Of a stretch of 64,000 bases of DNA, positions 13,205 through 25,735 are shown one piece after another. This DNA is from Felis catus. Taxonomy: Eukaryota. Both the position numbers and the translations under genes were made by a program. Numbering within the stretch: the stretch's first letter is position 1; each line of letters opens with the position of its first letter. The notes under the pieces are model-generated. The model had not been told where the DNA came from, did no database searches, and saw only the letters and a list, made by a program, of their open reading frames with translations. The stretch is from positions 140,866,001 through 140,930,000 of the forward strand of contig NC_058368.1 of the NCBI RefSeq assembly GCF_018350175.1, given 5' to 3'.

Positions 13205-15104
13205 GGTGTCCTTACTTCCAGCCCCCTCGTGTGGTTCAACCATGGCATGGATGAAGCAGTGCTGTAGAAAGGACGAGATGGGTAGGGAATCTGAGAACAC
13301 GAGTTTTGCAATAGGAAGGCCACCAGCTGTGGGAGCCTGATCCCCAGGGGCGAGGTGCAGTCGTGAGAACAAAGAAAGTGTCTTTTCTTTCCTTTTTTTT
13401 TTTTTTGTGTACACCTAAGTCACAGTGTAAAATTTGACTCCAGCATGTACACACCCTCATATTCACACATACACACGTGAAGAGAGATACAGAGAAATAG
13501 GATTAGAGCCTATTGACAACAGTCATCTCTAGCTGGGGAAATGATGAGTTATGTTCTCTTTTTTTTATTCATTTGTAGTTTTATATAATTTATACCAAAA
13601 GTCCTCCCAGTATATCGGCTGTTTTTCAGAGGCCACGTGTATTGTGTCGACATATCTCAAAACAGTGAGTTGTAAAATCAAGCATTTAATGTTAACTCTT
13701 TTTTTTTGTATTGATTTTATCTTTTTTTTTTAGCTTTTTATTTTCTTTGTTAATTTTTAATGTTAACTCTTTTTGTTGTTCTTCTCCCCTCAGATTGGTA
13801 TGAGTTGCTCTAGTTCATTTGTTCTTTGTACAGAACTGACTAGTTCTTTTGATATCCTATAGGCACAACCTAAGTAATATAATTCAGTTAAGTTGGAAAA
13901 TAAGTGTTTTTCTGAGATGTTTCCCTCGGCTTTCAACAACATGAGGTTTTATGCCTTTATAGTGACCAGACAGAACTGAGGGTTATTTATTGAAACTCTC
14001 ATTAGAAACATAAAGCCCCACTGAGCTTTCCACTCTCGCCATTCCATAGATGAATGCTTCATCATTACCCTTTTCAAAGAAAAGCCATTTATTTATTCAT
14101 CAAAGTTTTAAAATAAAAAGGAAACGAAGCTAGATTTTTTTGTTGTTGGTGGTAGGATTTGGGAAGAAAGAGTTTCAAAATCGGCAAAAGAAAAGCCTTT
14201 AATGAGTCTTTGTAATATTTAAGACTTAAACAAAGCAACTCAGTACCAGTGGGAGCTAAAACTAATTAGAAATCAAAATTATATTCGCTTCATCAATATT
14301 AAATCCAAGAGAAAACAAAGAGGAGCTTTCGTAATTAAATTTCATTTAGTGTAATAATCTTAGTTCCTGCCATTTGCAACCGTGGGAGTTTTCTTCAAGA
14401 GAATGTTTAAAGATGTATTTTGTAAAGAGTCAAGAGCTCGCTAAATTTTGTATACAATTGAGATGATTGAAAGGAGAGAGAACAGAGAGCATCAGAACAG
14501 AGAGATGAGGTGAGATCCACGCAGTTGCCCAAGACCTGCGTCCTTGGTGGGATGACTCAGAGAAGCCAGGCGAGAGGCCTGAGGTCAGCTGGGTCCTCAG
14601 GGTTAGGCTTGCCCTCTCTTCTCAGCTGTGTTGCTGGGCAGAGTTTTGACTCCCTCAAGGGACCACAGGAGAGGAGAATGTTGTCCTAGTGGGGTGTTTC
14701 CCTGACGGGAGCAGTGAAGCAGGGAGAAGCCTACAGAGTGCCAATCAGCCTCTTCTAGAAGCAGTGGAACAACCCTGGGGGCTTGGGGAGCCTCCCCTGG
14801 ACGGCTTGAAGGCACCTCAGGGCGCTGAGTAGCTACCGATCTGATCATATCTGGGCCACATGAGCCTTGGTATGTAGTGACTCGCCCTCTCAGCACACCC
14901 CAGGCAATGTCACTGTGGATAGGAAGGAGCGGTTTCCTGTCACGCAGGTGGCACTACCATCTCCTGAACTTTTGCTGCAGGCCAGACCCTGTATTAAGCA
15001 CTTTTCAAATATCTCCCTCGATATGCACAACCTTAGGGAAGAGGAACTGTTGTCCCCATTTTTAAATAATACAACTTGTCAATTGTCCTTTCTTCGTGGC
15101 CACA

Positions 15105-15450
15105 TCTTTCTTTTTACTGTAGCAAAATATACATTAAATGAAATCTACCACTTCTAACCAATTTGAAGGATACAATTCAGCAGTGCTACAAACATTCACG
15201 TTGTTGTGCGGCCATCACCACCATCCATTTCCTGAACTTTTTCCTCTTCCCAAACAGGAACTTTATGCCCATTTAAGCAAACTTCCTTCCCTGCCCTCAG
15301 CCCCTGTTAACCACTATTCTACTTTCTGTCTGTATGAATTTTCCTATTCTACGTACCTCGTATAAGCAAAATCATACAATGCTTGTCTTTTTATGTCTGG
15401 CTTATTTCCCTTAGCATAGTGTTTTCAAGGTTCATCTGTGTTGTAGTATC
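15105..15450 (-). mobile_element. Old L1 (L1MB-like) 3' end
   Basis: ACATTCACGTTGTTGTGCGGCCATCACCAC, CTACTTTCTGTCTGTATGAATTT, GTCTGGCTTATTTCCCTTAGCATAGTGTTTTCAAGGTTCATC. Confidence 0.75.
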
Positions 15451-15513
15451 CCTGTTTTGTTTTGTTTTGTTATTTATTTATGTTGCCCACACCACCAAAT
15501 AATCATCTTTGCA

Positions 15514-15652
15514 TTTTTATTTATTTTTTAGTTTTTTTAAATGTTTATTATTTTGAGAGAGAGAGAGAGGAAGAGCGAGAGCGAGGGAGGAGCGAGAGAG
15601 AGAGAGGGAGACACAGAATCTGAAGCAGGCTTCAGGCTTTGAGCCGTCAGCC
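15514..15652 (-). mobile_element. 5'-truncated Can-SINE
   Basis: Tail and GA tract to GAATCTGAAGCAGGCTTCAGG..GTCAG; tRNA-derived head absent. Confidence 0.8.
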
Positions 15653-16561
15653 GGGATATTCAGGTGGATTCTCCTGGGATGATTTCCAGTGTGTCCATCC
15701 TGTATCACCTCCGTGGCCTCATGACTTACCCTTTTATCCTTTTATGAAGTGAAAAGATAAATCTTCCATTGTTATGCTATATTTTTCCTTCTCATTTTTA
15801 TGGATCATGTCAACTTGCATTGCGTCTGAAAAACAAACTAGCTTATTGTTCAGCGCTGTGAAAATGTAGCATCTGATGTGTGGCATAAGAAAAGAAACAT
15901 ACCAGGGACTGAAAATTCACCTTCAGGAAGACTTTCACCTTGAAATTTGATGATATGTGGAACAGATGTTTTAATTTACCTATGATAATTTGCATAATCA
16001 ATTTAACATGTGGTTTATCAAACCTGCCAAAGAGCAGGTGACAATATGGAATTAATATGATCGCTAATTTGACACATCATTGAGATTAATTTGACCTTTC
16101 CTGCTCTCAAAATACCCAGAGGTCTTCACAGACAGGCATGTTGTGCTGTGAGATGCCATGTGTAGCAATCTAAAACCCATCATTTAGCCTCACAAATAAA
16201 GCAACCCCTTTGTCAGTCTGCCTGATGCTTTTACTCTTTTCCTTTCAGGCTCTCTTCTAAATTGAAAAGAAGGCAATGAGTGAATGCTGGGGGAGGCATC
16301 CAATTCTGAGTGTTCATGACTTTATGAAGAGTAATTGATTTATTTCTCCTCCAAAACTATAAATGGTATTGACGTGTCCCTGCTCTGTTCGTTTATTCTT
16401 GATCCCAGACTCAAAGAGCTATTACCTTTAAGAATCCGTGGTGACAATCCATTTCAGACGTTAGCTTTAAATCTAGAGAACCAAAGTAAAGGACTTTAAA
16501 TTATGCATTCATTTAATTACCAGTAGTAAATTATTAAAAGCAATAGAAATGTTCACCGATA

Positions 16562-16652
16562 GGGGTGTCTGGGTGGCTCAGTAGGTTAAGCGCCCGTCTC
16601 CTGATTTCAGCTCAAGTCATGATCTCACAGTCGTGAGATAGAGCTCCATGCT

Positions 16653-16706
<54 letters not shown>

Positions 16707-16967
16707 CCCCTCAACCCCCCCCCCCGACTTGTACTCTCTCTCTCTCAAAACTACCCAAAAAATCAGGGTCACCTAGGTGGCTCAGTTAGTTAAGCGTCAG
16801 ACTCTTGATTTCGGCTCAGGTCATGCTCTCCGGGTTCTGAGACATATCAGGCTCTGCGTTAACAGTGTGGAGCCTGCTTGGGATTATCTGCCCCTCGCCC
16901 GTGTGTGTGCTTTTGCTCACTCTCTCTCTCAAAATAAATAAATAAAAGCTTAAAAAGAATAAAAAAA
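16562..16967 (+). mobile_element. Two head-to-tail Can-SINE monomers within one TSD pair
   Basis: Heads at 16562 and 16766; TSD AGAAATGTTCACC(G/A)ATA at 16545-16561 and 16968-16984. Confidence 0.85.
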
Positions 16968-18549
16968 AGAAATGTTCACCAATAGATGATTGATTAAATA
17001 AAATGCCATGCCAGTAGAATCCTTTAGCATATAAATGATGTGAGAAAAGTATATTAATAACATAAAAACCTGTTTATAATATAGGACATGAAGAAATCAT
17101 ACTGCAAAATAGTATATGTACTATAATCTCATTTTTGTAAGGAAAATTATGTATATATCTCTCTGGAAGTATAAACACTAAATTGTTAACTATGTTCTAT
17201 CTACATGGAAGGATTAAGGATGATTTATGGCTCTTCCTTTGTATTGGCCTATATTAATGTTTTTATTATGAATATGTTAAAGGAAAAAATGCATATTTTT
17301 TTGTAATTATGAAGGATGGCAGATTGAATGCAGCACCCAATTTCACTGTCTCCCAAAACGCTATTAAATTTCCTATAAATGGGTTCACGCACACACATTG
17401 TGAGAGTGGGAGGAGGAAAGAGAGAGAAATGTTGAACGTGGAGATGGGGAAGAAGGGAGGGGGGAAGAAAGGAGCAAAAGAGAAGGGAGGGGTTGGAGAA
17501 CCAACTGCAAAGAAGACAACAGCACCAACATCTTGGAAGCCAGAAGGCAGATATGAGAAGAGTACCTTGTTTGAGACTAGAGAAAGCATAGTCTCAAGGC
17601 AAGCAGCGGGGGAAACTACAGAGCAACCTGCTCAAAGGGGTTGCTGCTGGAACTGAGCTCTGCAGGGATGCTGGCGGGGGTGGGGAGGCGGTGGAGACAC
17701 CCAATAAAAAGCACTGCTGAAAGCCTTGGAGAAGCTGCTAGATCTCCAGATATAGTTTCTCATCATTTCTCAGCCCTTGAGCCTACTATCCATCCCCCTT
17801 CCCACAGAAGTTTGGAGGTTCATTCTCTGCAGAGGGTCTCTGTACTGTGGACACCAGACTGTTGAAATTCTAGCACCGTATGAGAAACAGACAAATGACT
17901 GATCTTTTGCACGCTGAACCCTGAATGCAGAGCCCTTCCAGATCTTTCCACTTGGCTCCAGAACACCATCACCCAGACTTAACCCTTCTAGAGAAGAGAT
18001 TGGGAAAGGCTTCCTTACAGACTAAATTTATACCTGTTCCTGAAGGCTTAAAAATGAAAAAGTATTGCCCTTACGGATACATATCTAGGTGACACAACCA
18101 GTGATGGAGAGTAAGGGAAACTGGGGTAGACCCCTGGAAGACCCCCTCAGTTTCTTAAACTGAGTGGTAGGAATAAGGATGGTAATACATCTTATTATTC
18201 TCATTTAAACTATGTATGTACATTTGATACACTCTTCTCTATGCATTTCATATTTTATAATTCAAAAAATGTTGGTGCTAACTCAGAACCTAACGGTAGG
18301 ATAACGACTGTGGGGGCACCCCAAGATCTCTTTCCTCCTTCTGCTTTTCTCCCTTTCTTCTTTTCATTCCTGTCCTGTTTCTTCTATTCTCTCATCCCCT
18401 CTTTTTTTTTCTAATTTCTCTTATTTTGCCTTACATCTCTTTAGTCACACCTCATTAGCCTTCCTCAGGGAACAGACGTGTTAGTGTCTCTCATGAAGCC
18501 TTTAGAAGGTATCACGCATTTTCTCACCATGATTTTTATCCCCCAGTGT

Positions 18550-18940
18550 TTTTAACTGAGAAATAATTTATGTATGATAAAATACACAGATCTTAACTGT
18601 ACAATTTTATGAGTTTTGACAAATGTATATACCATGTAACCACCATCCCAATCAAGATATAGAACATTTCCTACCTCCCAAGAACTTTCCTTGTGCCCGA
18701 TCAACCCCCCAACCCCACAGACAAACACTGTTTTGATTTCTATCACCACAAACTAATTTTGCCCAGCCTAAACTCCCTAACATCGCAAGCATGCATCATG
18801 TACACATTTCGTTTGGCTTTTTGCCCCTCTCAGCATAATTTTTTAAAATTCATTCATGTTGATACATGGACCAAGAGTTTCTCTTTTTATTGCTGGATAC
18901 TTTTCCATTACACAAATACATTACAAGTGGTTTGCCTTTA
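18550..18940 (-). mobile_element. Old L1 (L1MC/MD-like) 3' end
   Basis: TGAGTTTTGACAAATGTATATACCATGTAACCACCATCCCAATCAAGATATAGAACATTTCC. Confidence 0.75.
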
Positions 18941-19284
18941 CGTTTTTTCTTAATGTTATTGTCAGTTTTTTTAAGTTAATGTTTCCTTCTTAATTTAGAA
19001 ACTACCGGATTTTTATGTCATCCTTGTATTTACCCAACTGTGGGATTTGAACAATACCTGGAAAATGTAACATAATCCAGGTCTTCTTGTTTCATTTTAC
19101 TTACATTGGTGCAGCCATAGTTTTCCAGATGGTTGAGTGGATAGCACAGTGACGCGGGCAGGTGCTCACTGCTCTGGCTCTGTTTTAGGCCGCAATAGTT
19201 AATAGTCTGGCCAGAGGCACTGGTTCTAAGACGTTTGCATTAGTTTCTTTGCATATGAGCATATCTTCACACTGCGTTTCGTGA

Positions 19285-19445
19285 ATGGCGAGTTTGAGAT
19301 TACTGATTTATTATAGAAGGATACAATTCAGAAAGAGCCGAGCAGAAGAGATGCATGGGCAAGGTGTGGGGAAAGGAAGGGGCATGGGGTTTCTATGCCT
19401 GCTCCAGGGACTCCACTCTCCTCAAAAGTCCACCTGTCATCAGGA
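19285..19445. mobile_element. LTR fragment (MER21-like)
   Basis: GATTTATTATAGAAGGATACAATTCAG..GAAGAGATGCATGGGCAAGG resembles MER21-family LTRs (recall). Confidence 0.45.
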
Positions 19446-19509
19446 GGTTTTTGGTTTCTTTCTTTGTTGGTGGTGGTGGTGGTGGTTTTTTGTTTGTTTT
19501 TGTTTTTAG

Positions 19510-20260
19510 TCTTAATTCCTTAATTCCTTTAGTGCATGTGAAGTGGTATTTGATTGTGGTTTTGTTTCGCTTTCCCTGCTGGATGGTGATGTCGAGCACC
19601 TTCACATACACTTACTGGAAATTTCTGTATCTTTCTTCGTGAGGTGACTTTTCAAGGCATTTATTGGCCTATTTTACTTTATATATTTTTTGCCCATTTT
19701 AAAATACAGTTGTTTTCTTTATATTACTGGTTTGGAAGATATATGAATTTATAGTATTCTCTCCCATTCTGAAGCTTAAAAAGTTATGTTGAGAGGGGCA
19801 AAAAAGCCAAACGAAACGTGTACATGATGCATGCTTGCGATGTTAGGGAGTTTAGGCTGGGCAAAATTAGTTTGTGGTGACAGAAATCAGAACAGTGTTT
19901 GCCTGTGGGGTTGGAGGGTTGATCGAGCACAAGGAAACTTCTTGGGAGGTAGGGAATGTCTTTTCATTTTCTTAATGGTGTCTTGTGATGAGGAGAATTG
20001 CTTGATTTTAATGAAGTTCAATTTATCAGTTTTTCTTTTATGGTTTGTGCTTTCTGTAACCTAAGAAACATTTGGCTCTCCCGGGGTTGCAACAATATTC
20101 TCTCATGTTTTCTTCTGTATGCTTTAGAGCTTCAGCTTTCATGTCTATGTCCGTGATCCATCTCAAATTAATTGTTGTATATGGTGTAAGGTAGGGATCA
20201 CGTTGTGTGTGTGTATGTGTGTGTGGGTTTTCCATACGAAAATCCAGTTGTACCGGCAGG
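19510..20260 (-). mobile_element. Old L1 fragment split by an inverted templated insertion
   Basis: L1 motifs before 19776 (TATTCTCTCCCATTCTGAAGCTT) continue after 19959 (GTCTTTTCATTTTCTTAATGGTGTC). Confidence 0.7.
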
Positions 20261-20404
20261 CACCTCATGCCTTTAAACTGACTGAATGTACCTCCACCCC
20301 TTTGCCCATCACACAGAAAAGTCTTCTAAACCTAAACCTGAAACCTCAGGATTTGTATCTTTGTCTCTCACATTCTGTTGCCTCCCTTAGATGTAGCCAA
20401 TACC

Positions 20405-20775
20405 ATTTTTTTTTAATTTTTTAAATTTACATCCAAGTTAGTTAGCATATAGTGCAACAATGATTTCAGGAGTAGATTCCTTAACGCCCCTTACCCATTT
20501 AGCCTATCCCCCCTCCCACAACCCCTCCAGCAACCCTCAGTTTGTTCTCCATAATTATGAGTCTCTTATACTTTGTACCCCTCCCTGTTTTTATATTATT
20601 TTTGCTTCCCTTCCCTTGTGTTTGTCTGTTCTGTTTCTTAAAGTCCTCATATGAGTGAAGTCATATGATATTTGTCTTTCTCTAATTTAATTTTGCTTAG
20701 CATGATACCTTCTAGTTGCATCCACGTAGTTGCAACTGGCAAGATTTCATTCTTTTTGATTCCCAAGTAATAACA
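20405..20775 (-). mobile_element. 5'-truncated carnivore/felid L1 3' UTR
   Basis: Poly-T then AATTTACATCCAAGTTAGTTAGCATATAGTG; closely similar to 55087-55440; TSD TAGCCAATACC at 20394-20404 and 20776-20786. Confidence 0.88.
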
Positions 20776-21633
20776 TAGCCAATACCTTTAAGTGCAAATT
20801 ATTATATCCTCCAGACAATTACAAATAATTTGCTTCTTTAGAATCATATATTTCAAATTTAGAGAGAAAAAAAGATTTTGTAAGGAAAAAACCTTTCAGC
20901 TTCTCTTTGACTCTGCCCTTTCAGTGTTTAAGATGCAGACAAAATCAGCTGTTGAGTTTGGTGCTGCAATATATAGTGAAATAATATGAAATGAAATAGG
21001 CATTTAAATCATTTTTTGGTATTTTCAAAGTTAGAATATGTCTGACTCTTTTCGAATACCAAGTTGACCTAAAATCAGAGGAATAGGAGTTCCAAAAGAA
21101 GAAAAAGGAAAGAGACAACAAGTGAGAGAAGTCAGGGAATAACAAGTGAGCAACATATGTAAAAATTAGGAATGACCTAAGTGAGGGAAGTTTCTGCAGC
21201 ACTGCGGAGGTGGAAGCCGGAGCAAGGAAGCTGAGCAAAAAACGAGGCGTAACTCGGTATGAGTAGAATTAACAGCTAATTTTTTTAGAAGACACAAGGC
21301 CTGAGAAACTTTGGCGAGAAAACTTCTGTGGTCTTCTTGCCTGGCAAATATTAAATGTACTGTGATTCTGGAAAGCCTTGTCTGTGCCATGTACTCTGCC
21401 CACACCTTTGTTTGGTCCTTTTATTGAACTCTCCAAAACTTACCCATTTGAGAGTGCCATCTATCTCTTGATATAATCCTAAGAGTTACCCCCCTCCTCA
21501 TCTTAGAGATGAAGTAAATAACTCATTCACACTCCCGGTCAGTGCTCTGGGACTTGGGACACTTAATCTAGAGCCCTTTTGTTTCTACTCTACAGGTAAC
21601 ACACATGGGAATAAGCATGAAACCCCTACAGTT

Positions 21634-21830
21634 ATTTTTTTTTAATTTTTTTAATTTGAGAGAGAGAGAAAGAGAGAGCAAGTGGGAGAGGGGGCAGAGG
21701 GATAGAGAGAGAACCTTAAGCAGGCTCCATGCTCAGTGCAGAGCCCCATGCAGGGCTCAATCCCCTGGGATCATGGCCTGAGCTGAAATCAAGAGTTGGA
21801 CGCTCAGCTGACTAGCCACTCAGGTGCCCC
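21634..21830 (-). mobile_element. Can-SINE
   Basis: SINE body; TSD AACCCCTACAGTT. Confidence 0.9.
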
Positions 21831-22467
21831 TTAACCCCTACAGTTCTTGAGTACTTCTCTGGGGTGTTGCCCTCACGGTGCTGTGCTGGGGCAGAATGGA
21901 GTCTGAGGCAAAAAGAAGTATCACTAAGATTAAGGGCATATTTATCTAAACCTTTGTTATTTTGTTCATTATGGAGTTGGGGGGGGCGTTTGCATTAACT
22001 TTCATTTTATTATGTATTGTATTATAAAATTATTTATCATGATGAGTGAATCTTTGTGCCCCACCTGAATCCCAGCCCTGTCCCTCCAGCTCCCGCCTAT
22101 CTTTCTAGCTGGCTGTGGTCCTGGAGAGCCAACTCTGGGAACTGGTTCAGCACACCTCTCTTCCCTTTCCTCCTACTTTACCATTTGACTCTCATTACCT
22201 GGCTGCGGCCACATCTTTGGATGTGGGCAGCCAATATTGTAGTGGTGACAATGCTTTAATTTGTTTTTAGGTACCATCCAGGAGTGCCAGGTGTGTGTGT
22301 GTGCTGAGGACAGAGAGGGATGAGCCACAGGGCCAGACTTCCAGGAATTGACATTTGGAGTCAAAGATGGGTATATTAAAACGTATAATAAAATAAGATA
22401 AAGGCTACTCAGGGTATATATAAAATACTATGAGTGTAGAGCAGCTAAATCTGTTGCTCACAATTTG

Positions 22468-22612
22468 TGGAGGGAAGGAAGAATGGAAAGAAGGAAGGAA
22501 GGGAGGGAGGAAGGAAAGAAGTGGGGGGAAGGAAGGGAGGGAGGGAGGGGGAATGAGGGAGGGAGGGAGGAAGGAAGGAAGGGAGGAAGGGAGGTAGGAA
22601 GGAAGGAAGGAT
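22468..22612. repeat. (GGAA/GGGA)n polypurine tract
   Basis: About 145 bp, almost purely G/A. Confidence 0.9.
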
Positions 22613-24183
22613 GAATAAAAGAAGCGGTTGACAGAGGGGAGAAGCAAGCTGGCCCCTGGCAGGGGTCTCAGAAAAGTGTGCTAAAACTCACCCCAGATAG
22701 CTCACCACTGCCTAGCTTGCAGTTATCCCTACTGATTTCCTTATTTAGAACCTCTCGTGTCACTCCACATAATTGGCAGAATTTTCTCCTTTAGATTTAT
22801 TTTAAGGCACTAAGAAATGAGACTCTTTACACTTCATTTCTCTTCCGTCACAGACGCGGCTGATGTTATGTGCCTATGCACGTCACCACTACCTGATGAC
22901 AAACACACCAACTGATCTGGACACGGCTGTACTTTTCCCTTTGATGCAGGCAGTGAGGGATTATTAAATTGCATTTCATCATGATCTATTGGCTAGATGT
23001 TAGTCACGGCATATTTTGGAGTAAGCCTGAGGGAAGTTGAGATAACAATGTCAATCCAAAGTCAAGGAAGCCAACGAACGCGCAGACATGAACAATCCTC
23101 AGTCTCCTTTGTACTTATTGATCTGCCAGTATCTTGCTTTGGGCTGTGCCGTCTCACTTTCCGCTGGTAGCCTAGTAATTCTTAAAACCCAAAATGTAAT
23201 TTTGGGGTTAATTTCCAGGGCTGTTGTCTTTGAAAGAGGATCACTTACCTGGCTGGACATAGATCTTTTTCGTCTAGACTTTGTTTCTGACTCATGGTGA
23301 TAATCTGGGAAGATCATTTAATCTCTCTTACTTTCTCATATCATCACTGTTTGGAAGCTTTCCTTTGTGTGGGACATAGAATATTAAGTCCTAAAATAAT
23401 CTACAGCATAGATCATCTTTTTACAGGTAAGAAAACTTATGGTCAAAGAGGGCATTAAACCAGGGTTGTTTTGTTTTGTTTTGTTTTGTGTTTTCAGTCT
23501 CTTGAAGATACCTATTATTCTGTGAACCCAGCATCCCTTCTAGAAACTTCTTCTCCCTTCTCTGTCTGTATGGCTGTCATGAAAACAGTCATGTTACCAC
23601 AAGATCCTATCCCCTGGGCTTTGAGCTTTTTCCCACAAAGTTATGTGGACTGGGAATTATGAGAACATTGATTCAGGGGGGCAGGATTTTAAATTGTGCT
23701 GAAACTGTAGTGGCTCACCCAGACAATCTGTAAGTATGCCAAGGGGACTTTGTAGTCACCCCCATGGTCTATGATGTAACTGTGACAGCCAAGTGTAAAT
23801 TTATGGAGTCTTCGACATCTTATATATGCACTGAGGTATCAGGAGAAGCAAGGAACTACATAATCCCAAATCTCTTTCTATTCTAGGGTCAATCCCAAAC
23901 CCACCCCTGTAAGTACTCCCTGTTTGTAGTAGTAAACTTTTTCTTTTGTTAATCACTTCAACAGAGGACACTTGCAACCCCCCAAAGTCCTAATCTTCAC
24001 TGACTGCTGGCCATCTTTAGTAAAACAAAAGAAGATAATGGATCTGGGTTGAAATCACTGACATATGAAGCTTTCATTCAAAGGCTGGTTTATATTAGTT
24101 CCCAAGGATATTTGCTTAGTTTCTTTCTTCCTGATCTCAAACACATCTGAAAAATAAGTCTTATCTATTAAAATGATTGCATT

Positions 24184-24419
24184 GAGGCGCCTGGGTGGCA
24201 CAGTCAGTTAAGCGTCCGACTTCAGCCAGGTCACGATCTCACGGTCCAGGAGTTCGAGCCCCGCGTCAGGCTCTGGGCTGATGGCTCAGAGCCTGGAGCC
24301 TGTTTCCGATTCTGTGTCTCCCTCTCTCTCTGCCCCTCCCCCGTTCATGCTCTGTCTCTCTCTGTCCCAAAAATAAATAAACGTTGAAAAAATAAATAAA
24401 TAAATAAATAAAATTTAAA
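24184..24419 (+). mobile_element. Young feline SINEC_Fc-type element
   Basis: Near-consensus with CpGs retained, (AAAT)n tail, perfect TSD AAAATGATTGCATT. Confidence 0.95.
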
Positions 24420-24604
24420 AAAATGATTGCATTAAAAATAGCCAAATTTATTCAAACAGCATATCATCTTGAAAGCAACTGAAAATTAGTTTTTTGTTGT
24501 TATTGGTTACCAATGAGTTTTATTCAGTTTATTTTCTGTATTTTATAGTTCTGATTCTGCTTTTTGTTTGTTGATTTATTAGTTTTAGAGTCCATTTATT
24601 GGTG

Positions 24605-25460
24605 GAACCATATGGTATTTGTCTTTCTCAGTCTGACTTATTTCACCTAGCATAATACCTTCTAGGTCCATCCATGTTGTCTCAAATGGCACCATTTCAT
24701 CCTTTTTTATGGCTAAGCAAAATTCCCTTGTGTATATATACCACATTTCCTTGTCTATTTATCTGTTGATGGACACTTAGGTTGCTTCCATGTCTTGGCT
24801 ATTATAAATAATGCTTCAATAAACAAGGGTGCATATATTTTTTGGAGTTAATATTTTCGTTTTCTTTGGGTAAATACCCAATAGTGGGATTATTAGATCA
24901 TAAGGTATTTCCGTTTTTCGTTTTTTGAAGAACTTCCATACTGTTTTCCACAGTGTCTATACCAATTTACATTTCCATGAACAGCGAACGAGAGTTCCTT
25001 TTTTCCCACATCCTTACCAACACTTGTTTCTTGTGTTCTTGATTTTAGTCCTTCCAACAGGTGTGAGGTGATGTCTCATTGTGGTTTTGATTTGCATTTC
25101 CCTGATGATGAGTGATGTTGAGCATCTTTTCATGTATCTGTTGATCATCTGTATGTCTTTGGAAAAATATCTCTTCAGCTCCTCTGCCCATTTTATTTTA
25201 TTTTATTAAGATTTTATTTTTAAGTAATCTCTACACCCAGTGTGGTGCTCGAACTTACAACCCCGAGATCAATAGTTGCACACTCCACCAACTGAACCAG
25301 GCAGGCATCCTCTGCCCATTTTTAAATCAGATTGCTTGTTTGTTTTGGACTGTTTGAGGGTATTTTTTGGTGTTGACCTGTGTGAGTTCTTTATATTTTT
25401 TGGATATTAACAGATATCCATTTATCTGATATATCATTTATAAATATTTTCTCCTATAGT
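24605..25460 (-). mobile_element. Carnivore L1 3' region with a nested short SINE (25192-25310)
   Basis: CTGACTTATTTCACCTAGCATAATACC, GATGGACACTTAGGTTGCTTCC, GTGGTTTTGATTTGCATTTCCCTGATG; SINE TSD CCTCTGCCCATTT. Confidence 0.85.
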
Positions 25461-25692
25461 TACTCTTAATTAAAAAAAAAACAAGATACAATTTCTATTG
25501 GCTTAGTAGATATTTTCCAACTTGGAGAAAATAACACATTTGGTGGAAATAAAGTTCACCCATATGTGATCATTTGTGGGGTGTTACATAAAATGGAATG
25601 TTATCTATCTGTGGTTATATTTGCCCTTATTTGTCTTCCAGTGTGCACTTCCTGAGGAGGGAACATCATGAATGCATGTAAGGAACATCAGT

Positions 25693-25695
<3 letters not shown>

Positions 25696-25734
<39 letters not shown>
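25696..25734. repeat. (TG)n microsatellite
   Basis: About 19 perfect TG units, ~1.7 kb upstream of the CRHBP start. Confidence 0.95.
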
Positions 25735-25735
<1 letters not shown>

